Assembly: GCA_002189035.1 (NCBI GenBank)
Contig: CM007991.1
Coordinates: forward strand, 1,302,001-1,366,000
From: Utricularia gibba
Taxonomy: Eukaryota; Plantae; Magnoliophyta
Length of the DNA: 64,000 bases
Direction: 5' to 3'
In this document: piece after piece, positions 1-13,448 of the stretch
Layout of the letters: each line of letters opens with the position of its first letter
How positions within the stretch are numbered: position 1 is the first letter of the stretch
Notes under the pieces: generated by a model
The model's input: the letters and a program-made list of their open reading frames with translations, nothing else
Databases searched by the model: none
Told to the model about the DNA's origin: nothing
Translations under genes and position numbers: made by a program

Positions 1-440
1 GCTCATATATACTCGTTTAGTAGGCAATTCATTGGCCAATATCGTCTCTCCCCTTTGAAATAAAATAGCCAATCTTTCAGAAGCATTATCTGAAAACTGA
101 TACCCCAAACTTGATGCGTGTAAAACAGGAACTTGTAACAATTGATTACTGGTATCAAAATTTTCTTGAAACCCATCTTAATCAGTGTTTTCAATTGTCA
201 TTAGCTCATGTTATGATTCAAAAGATGAAGAATCAGAATCATATATTGGAAGAAAAGTAGATGCCATTGTGTTATCAAACTTTTTAATGAAAAAAGAAAT
301 ACAATTGAGAATTGCAAAAGTGAATGAATTGATCTAGATTAAAGTCTATATTTATAGTTGAAATAAATTAATTTTTAATTTATTTTATGAGTATTATATT
401 AATTTAAAAATTAAAAAAAAATCTATCGTTATCTATTATA

Positions 441-696
441 AGATCACATGCACCGAATGCGTAATTGATGGATCTTATTCAATCAAAAGAATCACGAGAT
501 AAGATCACATGCACTGAATGCGTCATTGATGGATCTTGTTCAAGCAAAGTGATCAAGATCACCGAATGAATAATTAGTGGATCTTATCGAGTCTTGCTTA
601 GTAGGCAAGAGTCTTGTTTGTGTGGCAAGAGTTTTGCTTATGTGGCAAGAGTTTCGTTTATGTAGCAAGAATCTTAATTATGTGGTAAGATTGTTT
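441..696. repeat. Composite tandem repeat: 2-3 copies of a ~55-61 bp unit followed by ~5 copies of a 20 bp unit
   Basis: AGATCACATGCAC(C/T)GAATGCGT(A/C)ATTGATGGATCTT starts at 441 and 502, with a partial copy at 556. TGTGGCAAGAGTTTTGCTTA-like units fall at exact 20-bp spacing (601, 621, 641, 661, 681). Confidence 0.85.
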
Positions 697-1022
697 ATTT
701 TCTTTATACGTAGATACGAACAAACCCAATTTACACAATAACGTATAAAGTAGCCTACAACCCTGAACCCTAAACCAAACGGTCCAACCGATTCGATCCC
801 GGTTATGTAAGGGATGAACCGCTCCCTCTCAGTCACGGCGTGGCGGCACCTCGCGCAACCGTGTGGCTTATGGGCCATCAGTTTTCTTTTCTTTTTTTGG
901 GAGTTTTTTTCGAGCTCCTGCGTCGTTGTAAGAATCTGAACAAGATTCTCCTCCACAAGTTCACCTTCCCTAATTCCACACGGATTCATTCCCCATTCTC
1001 GACGATCTTGCAGAAAGAATCC

Positions 1023-2179
1023 ATGGCTGAGATCGCTTTCTCCCTTTTCTTCTCCACTTCCCTTCCCTTTTCCAAAGAACCCGCTCTCTCAACTTCTTTC
1101 GCTCCACGGCGTTTCGCTTTTCTTCCTCATCGTTTCACATCAACGGCTATTCGGGTCTCCGGATCCGCTCAATTCCAGGGAGATGATGATGATTACGGGC
1201 TATACCCGTGGGATAATTCCGACAACGGCGAATCATGTACTTACTCTCACGTTTCCTTCTTGTATTATACCTTTTTTGTTGAGGATGCTTGATTTTGTGA
1301 CAGCGGTGCAATGGATTCCGGGGGAAAGAGTAACGTTGTTTACGACAGATGGGTTGATTCAAATCGGCGGGAATCTCGTCCCTCGCCGTGTTTCTGTATG
1401 TTCCCTGGTCTTTGATTCTGACGATGTTCTGTAAGATTTTTGCTCAAGATGTCATTTTGTGTAAGACTCATGTAAGTTTGGTTGCGGACAGCTTCTTTCT
1501 TTTGGAAGTTAGTACGAAAGCATTTTCTGCTACTCTGTAATTCTTGTTTGTGCCTAAAACTACCGTTATTTTGAGACTTTGGTTTGTGATCTGGTGCTCT
1601 TGGTGGTAATGATTTAATGTATTTGGATTTCTAATGTTGAAGAAGAAGGGAGGGAAGGGGAAGGCGCCTTCGAGACACTTACGGTTCCAAGAGAATAATT
1701 ACATGGATCCAAGCCAGAGGCTTTGCATCGGTGCACTTTTTGATATCGCCGCAACAAACGTAAGCCCCTGTGGAGAATATTGCATTGTAATTACAGCTTT
1801 TGGTCCAAGGTTTTTGTGAAAGTATTCGATGGCAGGGGCATGATACGGGCAGACGTCTTTGCATCTTTGGCTTCTGTCGCTCTGTCGAGATGCTTTGTGA
1901 TGTTGTCGAGGACACCGTGTTGGAGCACGGCGGCGAGGTAGCAAGTTCAAGCTCAATACATGAAAGTACTCAGTTCAGTTCTGATGTGTGAAGGTGGTTG
2001 ACATTCAGATTGTGGCGGCAGAGAAGGCAAGCAAAGGTGGTTTGCACGAGAAACTTAAAATGACCGTGGCAGTGCCGTTGCTATGGGGAGTCCCTCCGGC
2101 TTCCGAGATTCTCCGTTTTGCCGTCAGGAGCGGAGGTGGGATTGTCGACAAGCTTTATTGGCAGTGGGACTTCCTGTAA
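1023..2179 (+). CDS. Uncharacterised, probably plastid-targeted protein (resembles the Arabidopsis At2g25605 family from memory)
   Basis: Five GT-AG exons 1023-1236, 1304-1395, 1643-1759, 1836-1937, 2009-2179 splice in frame. Ser/Phe/Arg-rich N-terminus resembles a transit peptide. Conserved-looking blocks MDPSQRLCIGALFDIAATNG, GRRLCIFGFCRSVEML and VAVPLLWGVPP. Confidence 0.75.
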
Positions 2180-2580
2180 CCTTGATCGGAGGTGACCCCG
2201 TTTCAGCTCCTCTAACACAGAAATCGACCCTCTCGATTGTACCTACGTATATATAGCTAGTTCCCTTGTCAATACATACAGTTCTCATCACATGGACTCA
2301 CAATCGCCCAGTCTGGATCAAGTGCTTCCGCCCGACTCCTATTTTTTCCAGTTTACTGCAAAAGCATGCTTTTTCCCACATTCACATCAATGGCTTCGCC
2401 CAATATTAAGTCTTTTCTGTTTTTTTCATAGAAAAGTGAACATCACGATAATATCGTCGACCAAAGTAATGTTCCTAGTGGGAGGAGTTGATTGCCTGCA
2501 GGTTCTTTGTCAACTTATTCTTATGCTGGGGATAAGTAGCCAGGAGGACCTCGCCCGAGCAGATAGATAGCTGCACCAGT

Positions 2581-3185
2581 TTAGTGTTCCCTAGTGAGTT
2601 TCTCTGATGCTGATGCATATATCCCTCCATAATCCTCACATGTGTGGACGGATCGCATGTGTCTTATCCATAAAGCAAGAATCTTATCTTTATCCTCGGC
2701 GGGGTAAGAAGAGAAAGGGCCGCCATTAGATGCAGACAACTGGGTCATGTAAAGATCCTTGTTTTTTGAGTAATCATCGAATTCCTTGGATTAGTTTATC
2801 GGTATTCGCATTTTGATCTTCCCAGTTTTGTTTAGAAGGAACATGTGTATCAACAGATCATTCAACCATCGTTCTCCAACTACCTTCACAGCCGTTATAA
2901 AGATGGTTGCTCTGCCGATTCTTCCCGGCGACGGCGGTGGTGGAGATTCATCCTGAATGGTTCTGTTTATGATGGGGTCTTCCTGCCTGCCGGTGGATTG
3001 AAAATATCTGTGAAGTCACATGAAAAGTAACAGAGAGTACATAAAAAAACCGATGCCCAAACGCGCACGTGCTTACCCCTGTGTTCATCAATGGCCGCCA
3101 TGAAGGAAACGTCAACAATCTGCAACGTGGCCAATGGCGATTCATTCACAATTTCATCGTCATTAATGGAATCGCAACCCTCCAT
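2581..3185 (-). CDS. Candidate unrecognised multi-exon gene (~145 aa, needs one base restored)
   Basis: Putative exons 3185-3077, 3007-2884 and 2784-2581 with GT-AG borders. The last two are stop-free and join in frame; joining the first needs one extra G in the run at 3076-3079. No family recognised. Confidence 0.3.
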
Positions 3186-3556
3186 CCTCAGTGGGTGCAA
3201 CTAGTTCTGAATTAGGTCTGTTGAAAAAGAGAGCAACTTTCATTATTATAATCCCTTGAATTCCTGTGTATATGCGTAGTCCATATCTATCAATGCAGTG
3301 CGATAGTTATTCCCCTCTTCCATTCTGCCTCCCCCCAAACTCGCTCCGACGGCGGTCCCCTGTTCCCCGGCAAGCCCTCATCCAATTTCTTCCAAGAACT
3401 GAAAAACCCATTTAAGAGTCAGATAAAGCACCCGTTTTTAACCACTGTTTCACTATCTTCTTTCAGACCATCTTTGTGTTCGGCCCTTTTCTATCCATAT
3501 CTCGTTTCCGTCCGTTTCCCAACACAGAAATCTGTTGTGGGTTTTTTTGTTGAGAA

Positions 3557-5635
3557 ATGGGTGTTATTCTTGATGATGCAGTTGTAATTAAGCAGTCGGA
3601 GAAAGAAGGGGAACCAGTTGTGATTACTGTGAATTGCCCCGACAAAACTGGTCTTGGCTGCGATCTTTGCCGTGTGCTTCTATTGTTTGGTCTGAACGTT
3701 GTTAGAGCTGGTATGTTTTTCTTGTACTTTTCGGTTTATTTCTGCTACTGGATCTGATCCCCTTTTATGGAACTTGAAGATGCGTCGACCGATGGAAAAT
3801 GGTGCTATTTGGTATTCTGGGTTACTGGGAAACCAACCACACGCTGGGGCTTACTGAAGAAGAGATTAATGGAAGTTTGCCCTTCGTGCTCCTTGGCTTC
3901 TTCAATTTCGTATTTCAGGGATGAGCTGCTGCAAAATCCCCGCGTTCCTCAACTCTTTCTATTGAAATTATGCAGCTATAGCCGCCATAATCTTCTGCAC
4001 GGTAAGTTAGATGATCTCTCTTCATATTTCAATCACTTGGTGTGGTAGATGTAAGTTAAATTCTACGTCTTTAGATTCAGTAAAAAACAGCTTTAGAAAT
4101 GAGGTCAGTTCTCTTTAGTTCCAGCAAAACTGGCTTTTTCTCTCCAAAGTCCCACTAGGGATCATTTTTTGTCTAATGGAATCCTGGCCATATTCTACTT
4201 TGGGGAAAGCTTAGGTTTGGTCCCCTCACTTTACAGAAAGATGGGGAGAAGTATGAAAAAGTTGATGTGTGATGTCTATACACCGATCTGAGATTTGGGT
4301 GTAAAGGAAGAGATAACATTTTCTAGAATCTCTACAGTCAACAGATAATCTGTTCATTATGAAGGAAACTCCATCTTATAGGCTATGCAAATTTTCAAGC
4401 TTCTAGAATCCATCTTTTCAAAAGTCAAGCACTCGAAATCTCAATGATAGCAATTCAGAATCTAAAGAATCTGTGGTGGTCAAAATTGTTTTTATTGATG
4501 TTTTCTTCATGTTTCAACCATTTGATGAGGTTTAACCGGAAACTCTTTTGAGCAGATGTAAGCGAGGTTCTTTGTGAACTTGAGCTGACAATAGAAAGAG
4601 TGAAAGTGTCCACAACACCTGATGGCAAAGTGATGGATCTCTTCTTCATTACTGACATCAGGTCTTTCTCTATACTGAGTTTGATTCATTATAAAATCGC
4701 AATATTCAATGACTTATTGTGCTTGATGCACTTAACAGGGATTTGCTACATACTCCAGTGAGAAAAGCGGATGTCTGTGATCAACTAAGAGCTGTTCTTG
4801 GCGATGCAATGATCAGCTGCGAAATCGAATTAGCCACCTCTCAAATGACATCCTCTTCTCAAGGGCCATCATTTCTTTCAGATGAAATCACAGAAGTGAT
4901 GTTCAATGTCGAAGCTAATGATTCGTATCGAGATAATACATCAGCATTTGCAGTGCCCTCCATAATGTTAGATAACACATTGAGCCCTTCTCATACACTC
5001 ATCCAGCTTACCTGCCAGGATCACAAGGGGCTGGTGTATGACGTTATGCGCACTTTCAAAGATTATAACATTAAGGTGTGTTCATGTTTCTGCCTCCTGA
5101 ATCTCCAATTCGTATTTGCTAAATTGTCAGATCATGCTCGCCAGATTTCCCATGGGCGCAGCTTCAAAAAAGGGGAGAAAGAATACGAGATGGAGTTGTT
5201 CATCGTGCAATCTGATGGCAAGAAGCTAGTTGACCAGGGGAAGCAGAGCTCCCTGTGCTGCCGTTTACAGTTGGAGCTCAGTCGTCCCCTTCGGGTCGCA
5301 TTGATCAGCCGGGGTCCCGATATTCAGCTTCTAGTAGCCAATCCAGTGGAGCTCTCCGGCAAGGGCCGACCCAATGTCTTCTACGACATAACTCGTGCTC
5401 TGAAAGTCCTAAACAGACCAATCTTCTCGGTACAACCACTCTGCCCCCTTGATCATCCCTGTAGTTCCCTCTCACAGGAAACCCAATTTCTTCACAGGCT
5501 GAGATCTGGAGGTACACGATCGCCGGCCGAGAATGGGAAGTGTACAGCGTGCTGCTCGACGAAGCAGAGTGCACTCCGGCTCTGAAGAAGAAGATCGAGG
5601 ATACGGTCTGGAGGACGCTCGTGTGGTGGGAATGA
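3557..5635 (+). CDS. ACR10: ACT-domain repeat protein, ACR9/ACR10 type
   Basis: Exons 3557-3710, 3780-4001, 4556-4661, 4739-5075, 5145-5429, 5498-5635. Motifs ITVNCPDKTGLGCDLCR, STDGKWCYLVFWV, STTPDGKVMDLFFITD, QDHKGLVYDV and VELSGKGRP. Confidence 0.92.
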
Positions 5636-6365
5636 CGAACAGAGCACCCCATATGCCGCCTGCTATGCATGGTCTGTGTATATTCTCCACACTCTGCAAC
5701 TGCATCTTCTTCTCTTGTTGTTGCTTGGCAGTGTACACCTTTTCCTCTCTGTGTATATGCAATATTTTTTGCTGCTGATGTTGCCCAAAGGTATCCTGTA
5801 TACTAGGTAGCTGCTGTAGCTTGCACGAGGTGCTTTTTGCTTCTTCTGATTGTGGTTTCTGGTTTCTGTAGCATCATATGTACTAGCAACCAGTTACACC
5901 TGCTTGTGAAGGAAGTGCTTTTTTCCCACTGGTTGTCTTTTTGTATACGAAGCACTCCTATTTAAAATTTGTCTTGTCTCAATAATTGAGATACATAAAA
6001 AGAGAATGATCATTTTTTTAAATGAATTTTAAAACGTTGTTTTTGTAACTTTTAAAAAATCATGGAAATCATGTTAGTATGAATTATTTAAAATAACAGT
6101 TGAATTAAGTTTAAATTATTTTAAAATAGGAAAAAATAAATAAAAATCATATTATAATTTAACCATGATTTAATTAAGTATGCTTTTTAATAAATATTGC
6201 TTTATGATAGTTGGATAATTAGTTGATGATACCATGTTGTTGGGCCCAATAGGTCTTCAAGCCCATTAATGTATGGGTTTGGGCTCAGCTATTCATTGTC
6301 TTTAGTCGTCCCTTTTCAATTTTCTCCTCTCGGCGGAGTTCCATCGGGGAAACGACGCTGCAAAA

Positions 6366-8029
6366 ATGGACAGAGAGTGGGGTTCGAAGCCTGGAAGCGG
6401 TGGCGCCGCCTCCGCTCAGAATGAAGCTATTGATCGGCGAGAGCGTCTCAGGAGGTTGGCGCTCGAGACGATCGATTTGGCTAAAGATCCCTATTTCATG
6501 CGTAATCATCTCGGGAGGTAAGGCTTGAGCTGATGCTATTTTGAGTTCAGGTTTTTTTTTTTTGTGAGTTTTTTTTTTCCTGTAATCAAGGGACAAGATA
6601 AATTGTATGCAGTTACGAGTGTAAGCTTTGTCTGACCTTGCACAACAATGAGGGTAACTACTTGGCGCATACACAAGGGAAACGTCACCAAACTAATTTG
6701 GCTAAGCGGGCGGCTCGTGAAGCCAAAGAAGCTCCTGCGCAGCCGCAGCCTCTCAAGCGAAAAGTTTCTCTCAAGAAATCTGGTAGATATTCAGTCTGGT
6801 TCATAATTAATTGTTCACTGGGGATGCTTTCTTGAACTTGATTGGTTGTGTGTGGTGACTTAGGGTTCTTGGAATTCTTAGTCTGTTTTTTGTCTTATTA
6901 TCCTACGCTTGCTTCTACTGCTCAATTAGGCTGTTCCTTACGTGCAATTATTCGTTCTTGCAGTTAAAATTGGTAGACCTGGGTATCGTGTGACCAAGCA
7001 ATTTGACCCTGATACAAAACAGAGGTCTTTGCTTTTCCAGGTTATTATCTGATGCTATGCTTGCATCTTATAGTAGTTTACTCTTGTGTATTTAGGTTTT
7101 TAAGTCTATCTTGCAGATAGAGTACCCAGAAATTGAAGATAATGCAAAGCCAAGGCATCGATTTATGTCTTCCTATGAGCAGGTGCCAGTCTAAAGGATT
7201 TCTAAATTGCAATGATTTACCCTGACCCTGACCACAATTGTGCGTGCCTTCTATGTTTTGATTGCAGAGAATTCAGCCTTTTGATAAGCGTTATCAGTTT
7301 CTACTGTTTGCTGCAGAGCCGTATGAAATTATTGCTTTTAAGGTAATTAGTCTTCCATTTTATTGATTTTCGGATTATGCTTAGTTAATGGCAGCACTTA
7401 ATTGCGTTGTTACTCTATCCAGGTTCCAAGCACAGAGATTGATAAATCAACCCCAAAGTTCTTTTCTCACTGGGATCCAGACTCCAAAATGTTCACGGTT
7501 AGCTACTTTGGTTCTTTCCAAAATTCTCAGAGGATTTTACACGGTTCATACTAAAGGCTGTCGGTGGATTTATCTAAACTTCAAGCATGATTGCTTGAGA
7601 TTTCTTCAGTTAGTTGCACTTTGAAAATGAAAATGATTATGAACGTTTTCCAACATTGCATATTCAGCTTAATCCCGTAACAAGAAGTGTGTTTTCTATG
7701 ATTATTGATACCAGTGCAAACTTTTAGATTTTTACCCGATGCCATGCTGACTGCATTGTTTAAGTTCTCTCTCTTTGTTTCTGTTTCAATATGCAGTTGC
7801 AGCTATACTTCAAGGCTAAGTCCCCAGAGATGAATAAACCTCAGCCTCCTCCATCAGCTGATGGAACTTCAGTTCCCGGTGCTGCGCCGCCCAGGCCGAT
7901 GCCACCTCCACCCCAAGTTCCACCCCCGCCCCACCGTCAGCACCACCGACAATGGCAAACTTCGGTGGAAACCCCCCACCACCCCCAATGTCAAATTTCG
8001 GCCCTGGCTCACAAATCTTCATGGGTTGA
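6366..8029 (+). CDS. SF3A2: Splicing factor 3A subunit 2 (SF3a66/Prp11), U2 snRNP; apparent frameshift in the Pro-rich tail
   Basis: MDREWGSKPGSGGAASAQNEAIDRRERLRRLALETIDLAKDPYFMRNHLG, matrin zinc finger (LHNNEGNYLAHTQGKRH), KIGRPGYRVTKQ, YEIIAFKVPS and LQLYFK over 7 exons. The natural Pro-rich end (...MSNFGPGSQIFMG*) is in a shifted frame ending at 8029. Confidence 0.93.
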
Positions 8030-8492
8030 ATTTTCATCTGCTCTTACTGTATCACCAGCGAACGTCGTTCGGCATTGCAATTCTGTTTTGAGTGAAAATT
8101 GTAACTCTAGGACCCAGTTTCAAGTATATTTTAAATTTAGTGTTTGGTCATGCAGCTTTTGTTCATTAATCAATGCGCAGGCCCTAATTACCAGTAAATG
8201 TGCACTTCATCCACAAGAGCAGGAATAGGTCATGGCTTCTTCTAGCCCTAACAAGCTAAACAATCAATCGACAAGCCACTGCTGGTTACAAATGGTTACG
8301 GAATAAGTTACGAAGATGAAGGGGTAAAAAAATGAGGTCCATCTCAGATCTACACCACTAACTTACAGGTAACAACTTCTTCATGCTGTGTATGGGTCTG
8401 TCCATTTCCTTCTTTCCTCACCACAACATATCTGTATATCCATATCAATTAACTGGGTGTCCATGGAAGCCTACTACCTGGCCTTCCCCTGG

Positions 8493-11400
8493 TCACTCCG
8501 TTGAGGGATCCGGTTCCGGTTCGTCGTCGTCGTCCGACTGGTTAATTATTCGACATTTTGGGACTCGTTTTTCAAGCATGGATGTCCCTTTGAATGATAT
8601 CATTTGCCAGCACGTTCTACGGTAAGCCATGAGCTGCGATGTAGAGGTTTCTTATCAGTTGGAGGCATAGTGAATCTTACATCAGGAATGCATAGTGGTG
8701 GAGGTGGATGACTACGGGGCTTACCTGTTCTAGTGGTATCTTGTTGAATCCAAATTTCTCTATCCATATTGACTTGGCATCCTCTGCAGATGGGAGGACG
8801 AGGCTTCTCACATTCAGGAATGCAAGTAGTTTTTCAATACAGGAGTAAAGTAACTGGAAAAATCCCTGCAAAGGCATTTCGAATCTGTAAGAAATGGTGA
8901 ACTCATTCACCGATTTTGTCCACGAAAATTACCTTTCCCTGGTCAACGATGCGAGTGGCAGCCAAAGGGAGCTCGGCAATTTCTTCGCCGAAAATTCGAA
9001 CGATTCCAGCCGATACAACTGTTGAACTGCAGGGTTGATGAAAACCTCAGCTTTTTATGACTTCCCTCTTATTTAGTAATAGGAAAAACAGCTGAGGGAT
9101 CGAGGGTTCTTACTTCACTGTAAGAATGGCGCAGTACATTCCACTGAAGTCTTGGCCCCTTATGTTTCTTCTGAAAGAGACAAAACGAAGGAATGTCAGG
9201 AGTCTCCTCTAGGAACATAATGAATCGAACAAAATGTTGTGCATACCCGTAAACAAAAGATGGGATGAAGTCTCTACCAGTTTCTGGATCAACAATTGGA
9301 TCGAAGCATTCCTGATATGTTTACAGAACAATGGCAGTGGTCAAAACTTGAAAGACCAAGCAATTCGCAGCGGCATGATCCACATAATTAGGTAATAATG
9401 ACAAGTTGAACTACAAGCATTTCCTATTATCAAAAGAACGACATAATAAGGAAAAAGATGCAGTTGAAGGAAGATTGCATCTTACGTGAAATATGGTAAC
9501 AGCCTGTGACAGCAATACTCTGGTTTCCCAAGATGTAATATTCCCACTCAAGAGTCTCCACCTTATGTCCAAATCAGTATCAGAACCTGGATTATTTCCT
9601 ACTTGATTCTTTTTAAAATTTTCCAAGCATGAGTCCGGAAGCTTCTCTTCCCCAGCCTCGAGCAAGTTTTGCAGGGTAGAGTATATCCATTTGCAGTTAA
9701 TGGAACAAAACCATTTTCCCTTTGGTAGTTCCTAGTACACAAAAAACACATTATTCAGAAAACTTGGCTCTGCAGCATGCTAACTAGAGAGTAAAATTCT
9801 TCTTCAAAATGTTATCTACCTTCAGGTCAGCCAGCTTACATTTTTTCAAACATCCAACATGATATTCCTTTTCACACTGAAACATGGAAATCAAAATAAG
9901 TGAGAAGCCAGTCATTACAAACAGGCCCACAAGATGATTGAGAAAAACACCTGATCACACAGTATAACAGTGCGCGGACCAAAACCTGACTTGCTAAAAT
10001 CATATCCCCTACATCAAAAAGGAAATCATACTCATGTATAAGCCAGAGCAATATGTTTCAATCTTCTAGGTACAACATGAAAAAAAATATTAAATGAGCT
10101 AATTTTTTCCTTCCATACTACCTGCATATCACACATGCAATTACATCAGCTTCTTCAGGATTCTTGACTATGCGAATGCAACGATCTGTTATTTGCTCAA
10201 TTGGGTCAACAACAGATACCCTCCCAGCAGCAACAGCATTGGCATTCCGCATTAAAAACTTTTCCCTCTGAAACATATTTTGGCAATACGTGCAATACCA
10301 TTTGCCTCGAGGAATGCTTAAGAGAGACGCACATTCTGATTACAAGAAAAAGACACGAAAACTTGTCATTAAAGTAGCTTCGCTGGTCCAAAATTTAACA
10401 AACATCTTTACATCTTTGTAAATAAACAGGGTATACAAATAGTAAACACAGGACTAAGCCAGGCTCACCAATAATTGGAATTGGAAAAAGCACTAGCAGC
10501 GAAAGGTTTAAAAAGTTACGCCCAATCAAAATTAAAAGGAAAAAAGAGGGAAAAGGAAACAGCACCACCTTTGTGGAAGGATCTCGGACAGCCATCACAG
10601 AGCACCAGCTTCCCACCATCCCCACAAATGATGCATAAGTCATCATTGTCTTTTGAAGAACTCTTTCGCCCTTTCAACAAAGAGAGAGCATATTCATGTA
10701 GGGACACTCCATTAGATGTGTAAATATACATATAGCTGCAAAAGAGAGGAATCAAGATTAAAATCCGTTCTACAGAAACTGAGCATATTTTATACAATGA
10801 TCAGTATAAACGACATAAGACTCACGGTTTCCTCCGGGAAGCCCAACCAGCATGGCCTTCAAACTGGGATGGACTAACCTGTTCATCAGGGGCAAAAGTT
10901 ACACCGCATGAAATGGAATAATCTAATACATTTCAAACAAAGAGTAAGCATGGTTACCACTGTGCTACAACAACGGCACATTATCCCAGATCCCATTTTA
11001 TATCCATCTCGCAGTTTCTACAAATATCACTTGAAGGTCACAACATTGTATGGAGAATGGAACATATATAGGACATGAATCACCTTGCCGTTAGAATAGT
11101 ATGCAACTTCGGTTCCATCTGGTAATCCACCATTTTCAAATACCAACCTGTGCATCCGCTGATCCCTAAGCATAAGGGGAGATCATGATTAGGATAAACT
11201 ATCAATGTTCACGATCAGTGCAGACATAACTGCTAATCCAAAAATAAACATGATATAAAAGGCAGGGCACCACTAACTTTTTAGTAATCTTTGATACCGA
11301 AAACCCAGATTCAGAAGGTGGATCATCTTTCATGGACTTCAAAAGTGATGTAGTATTGGATAATCTGAAATCCAAGATGGAAGATAATTGGGGTAATCAT

Positions 11401-13448
11401 CTTTAATAAGAAACACAATAAGAGAATTATGGACCAACTTCTTTAAGATCTCCGTGCGAGCCTTGTTCTTTAGTGAGTCACACAAGGATACACTACCATT
11501 TGGAGTTGGAGCAGGCAATATTCCAAGACATGTTACAGACGTACTATTGTGCAACTGAGCAGGAGTGGCTGATGGCAGAAACCTTCACCAACATTAAGCA
11601 CACGTCAGGAAGCAAATGGACAGAGGTTTGATATCCAATGTTTTCATTTTTTTTCAATAAATGTAAGAATCCCGCCAATAGGAAATAGGTAGAAAAACAA
11701 AAAAAAACCTATTCACAATCTTCCATTTGCTCTTTTTCTTGCGACTAAGCAAAGCAGTTTTGGGCTTTGCGATAGTTCCCAGCTCTAATTGCCTAAAAAA
11801 TGAAGAGATATAATATGATACATGGCAAGAAGTGACATCAAGACAAAGATCAGAATATTATACACACTTTCTTTTTTTCCTTCCTCTGCGTCCTCTTTGC
11901 TGTGGGATATCTTGTGCTTCGCCATCAACTTGCAATGCTAACCCTAGAAGTGGCTCCAATGGCCTGCACGAACGAGAAGGAAACAAAACTTCAAATTGGT
12001 ATTGTCAAAAAGTAGTCAGGACATTACCATACCCAACACATGTAAGAAAAATAAAACATGAATTGTGAAAAACATGCAAGAATACTCATGAAGGACAAAA
12101 AAAATGAGAAGATTCCCTACCTTGATTTTACACATTCCACAACGAAGTCATTGTTTGCTGCAATCATGCAAGAATCACAAAGCAGACCCACCTTTGCATT
12201 TGATGTGGCAAGAAATGCCCCTAGCAGTTTAAATACACCAACAAAAATTCAATTTATGAACAGCATATGTGCAGGAACAAAATTGGACTAACCTCCACAA
12301 TCACTGCAGATTACTGGTTCCTTCACAGGCATGGGACCAATAAAGTTTTGTATTGTTTCTTCTAACGATTTGACCGTAGACTTCCGGCATTCCTTGACAA
12401 CATCTAGTAAACTTTTCCCGTTCTCTAGACATATGTATTGTGAGGCACGCCTATATGTTCTACAAGCATGAATCTCAAATTGACATGGTGGAACCACCTA
12501 TAAGCATTGAAAAATACGATAAATATGAGGCTCAAGTCAGTAAACTACCATTAGGCATGAAAAATCGTAAACACCCACCCGAGTTCCCCGGCACAGACTG
12601 CAAGAACATAGAATTCCGGCATCTTTTATAGTTCCACGCAAAGGGAATCCCTAGAAGAAGGTTAGAATCGGTTGAAAAATCGGAAAAAAACATAGTCTAC
12701 ACGACGATCATCCAAGATTAAATGCCGTGCCAAAAGTTAATTCATGAAACTAGATATATTTTGGGGATAAAAAATTGGCATTTCTTGGTTTATCGAAACG
12801 AACCCTGCGTCCACCATTGTAGAAAACAGGGTATCCTTCAAGCAACCCTGTCTCGAAAAGCTCACGAACAGTTGTTGGCCGTCCCTTTACGAGAATTTTC
12901 TTAGACATCTTCATCTCCATCTTCCTCGTTTCAGAGCTACCCAAAACCGTCAACTGTTTGCCGTCCGAACATTCTTCTTCCAAAATCACCGCATCCCTCA
13001 AATCCCCCTCGTCTTGAACTTCATTTTCCTCATCTTTTACCTTAAAAACAGAACGACTACTCCTCCACCGCCCCGCTGCCGTCTCCTCCTTCACCTCAAT
13101 TTCCATCATCTGCCCCTCTTCCTCCGCCCTCCGCTCAACCTCAGCTGCACCCACATTCCCAGAAGCCTCAGTAGCCTTCGAACTCTCATCCTCCGCAGCT
13201 AAATCCTTGGAATCACCTTGAAGCTTATCCGTTGAACCATTAATACCTACTCTCGCACTCTTAAGCCGCTTAGTTCTCGTATAAACCGCGAAGCCATTGG
13301 CCTCACTTGGCCTGACCCTCGACACATAGCACCGATCCAGCCAATCGGAATCGTCGAAATCGGAACTTACCGGATCAGGCGCAGCTGCTGGCTCGCAGCC
13401 CTTGGAATGACCCGGACGCCCATTCTCGGATCCCAATTCGGGTTCCAT
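8493..13448 (-). CDS. Tandem PHD-finger plus GNAT acetyltransferase-domain chromatin protein (IDM1-related, At2g36720/At2g27980 type)
   Basis: Many GT-AG exons. N-terminal NGFAVYTR motif, [19 protein letters not shown]1 [27 protein letters not shown]2 ...[15 protein letters not shown]...[16 protein letters not shown]...[15 protein letters not shown]...[19 protein letters not shown]. Stop TGA at 8495-8493. Confidence 0.9.

Noticed and set aside
2-183. Stop-free minus-strand frame DGFQENFDTS...ERLAILFQRGETILANELPTKRVYMS running off the window edge
   Set aside because: No start codon, no recognisable family and truncated by the boundary; cannot be supported.
6826-6839. GCTTTCTTGAACTT matches the 3' part of miR396
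   Set aside because: The 5' TTCCACA seed is absent and no hairpin partner is visible; it lies in an SF3A2 intron and is likely chance.
11484-11491. AAGGATAC, a U12-type 5' splice consensus on the minus strand
   Set aside because: It lies inside a coding exon (SVSLCD) of the PHD/GNAT gene; no U12 intron is needed.
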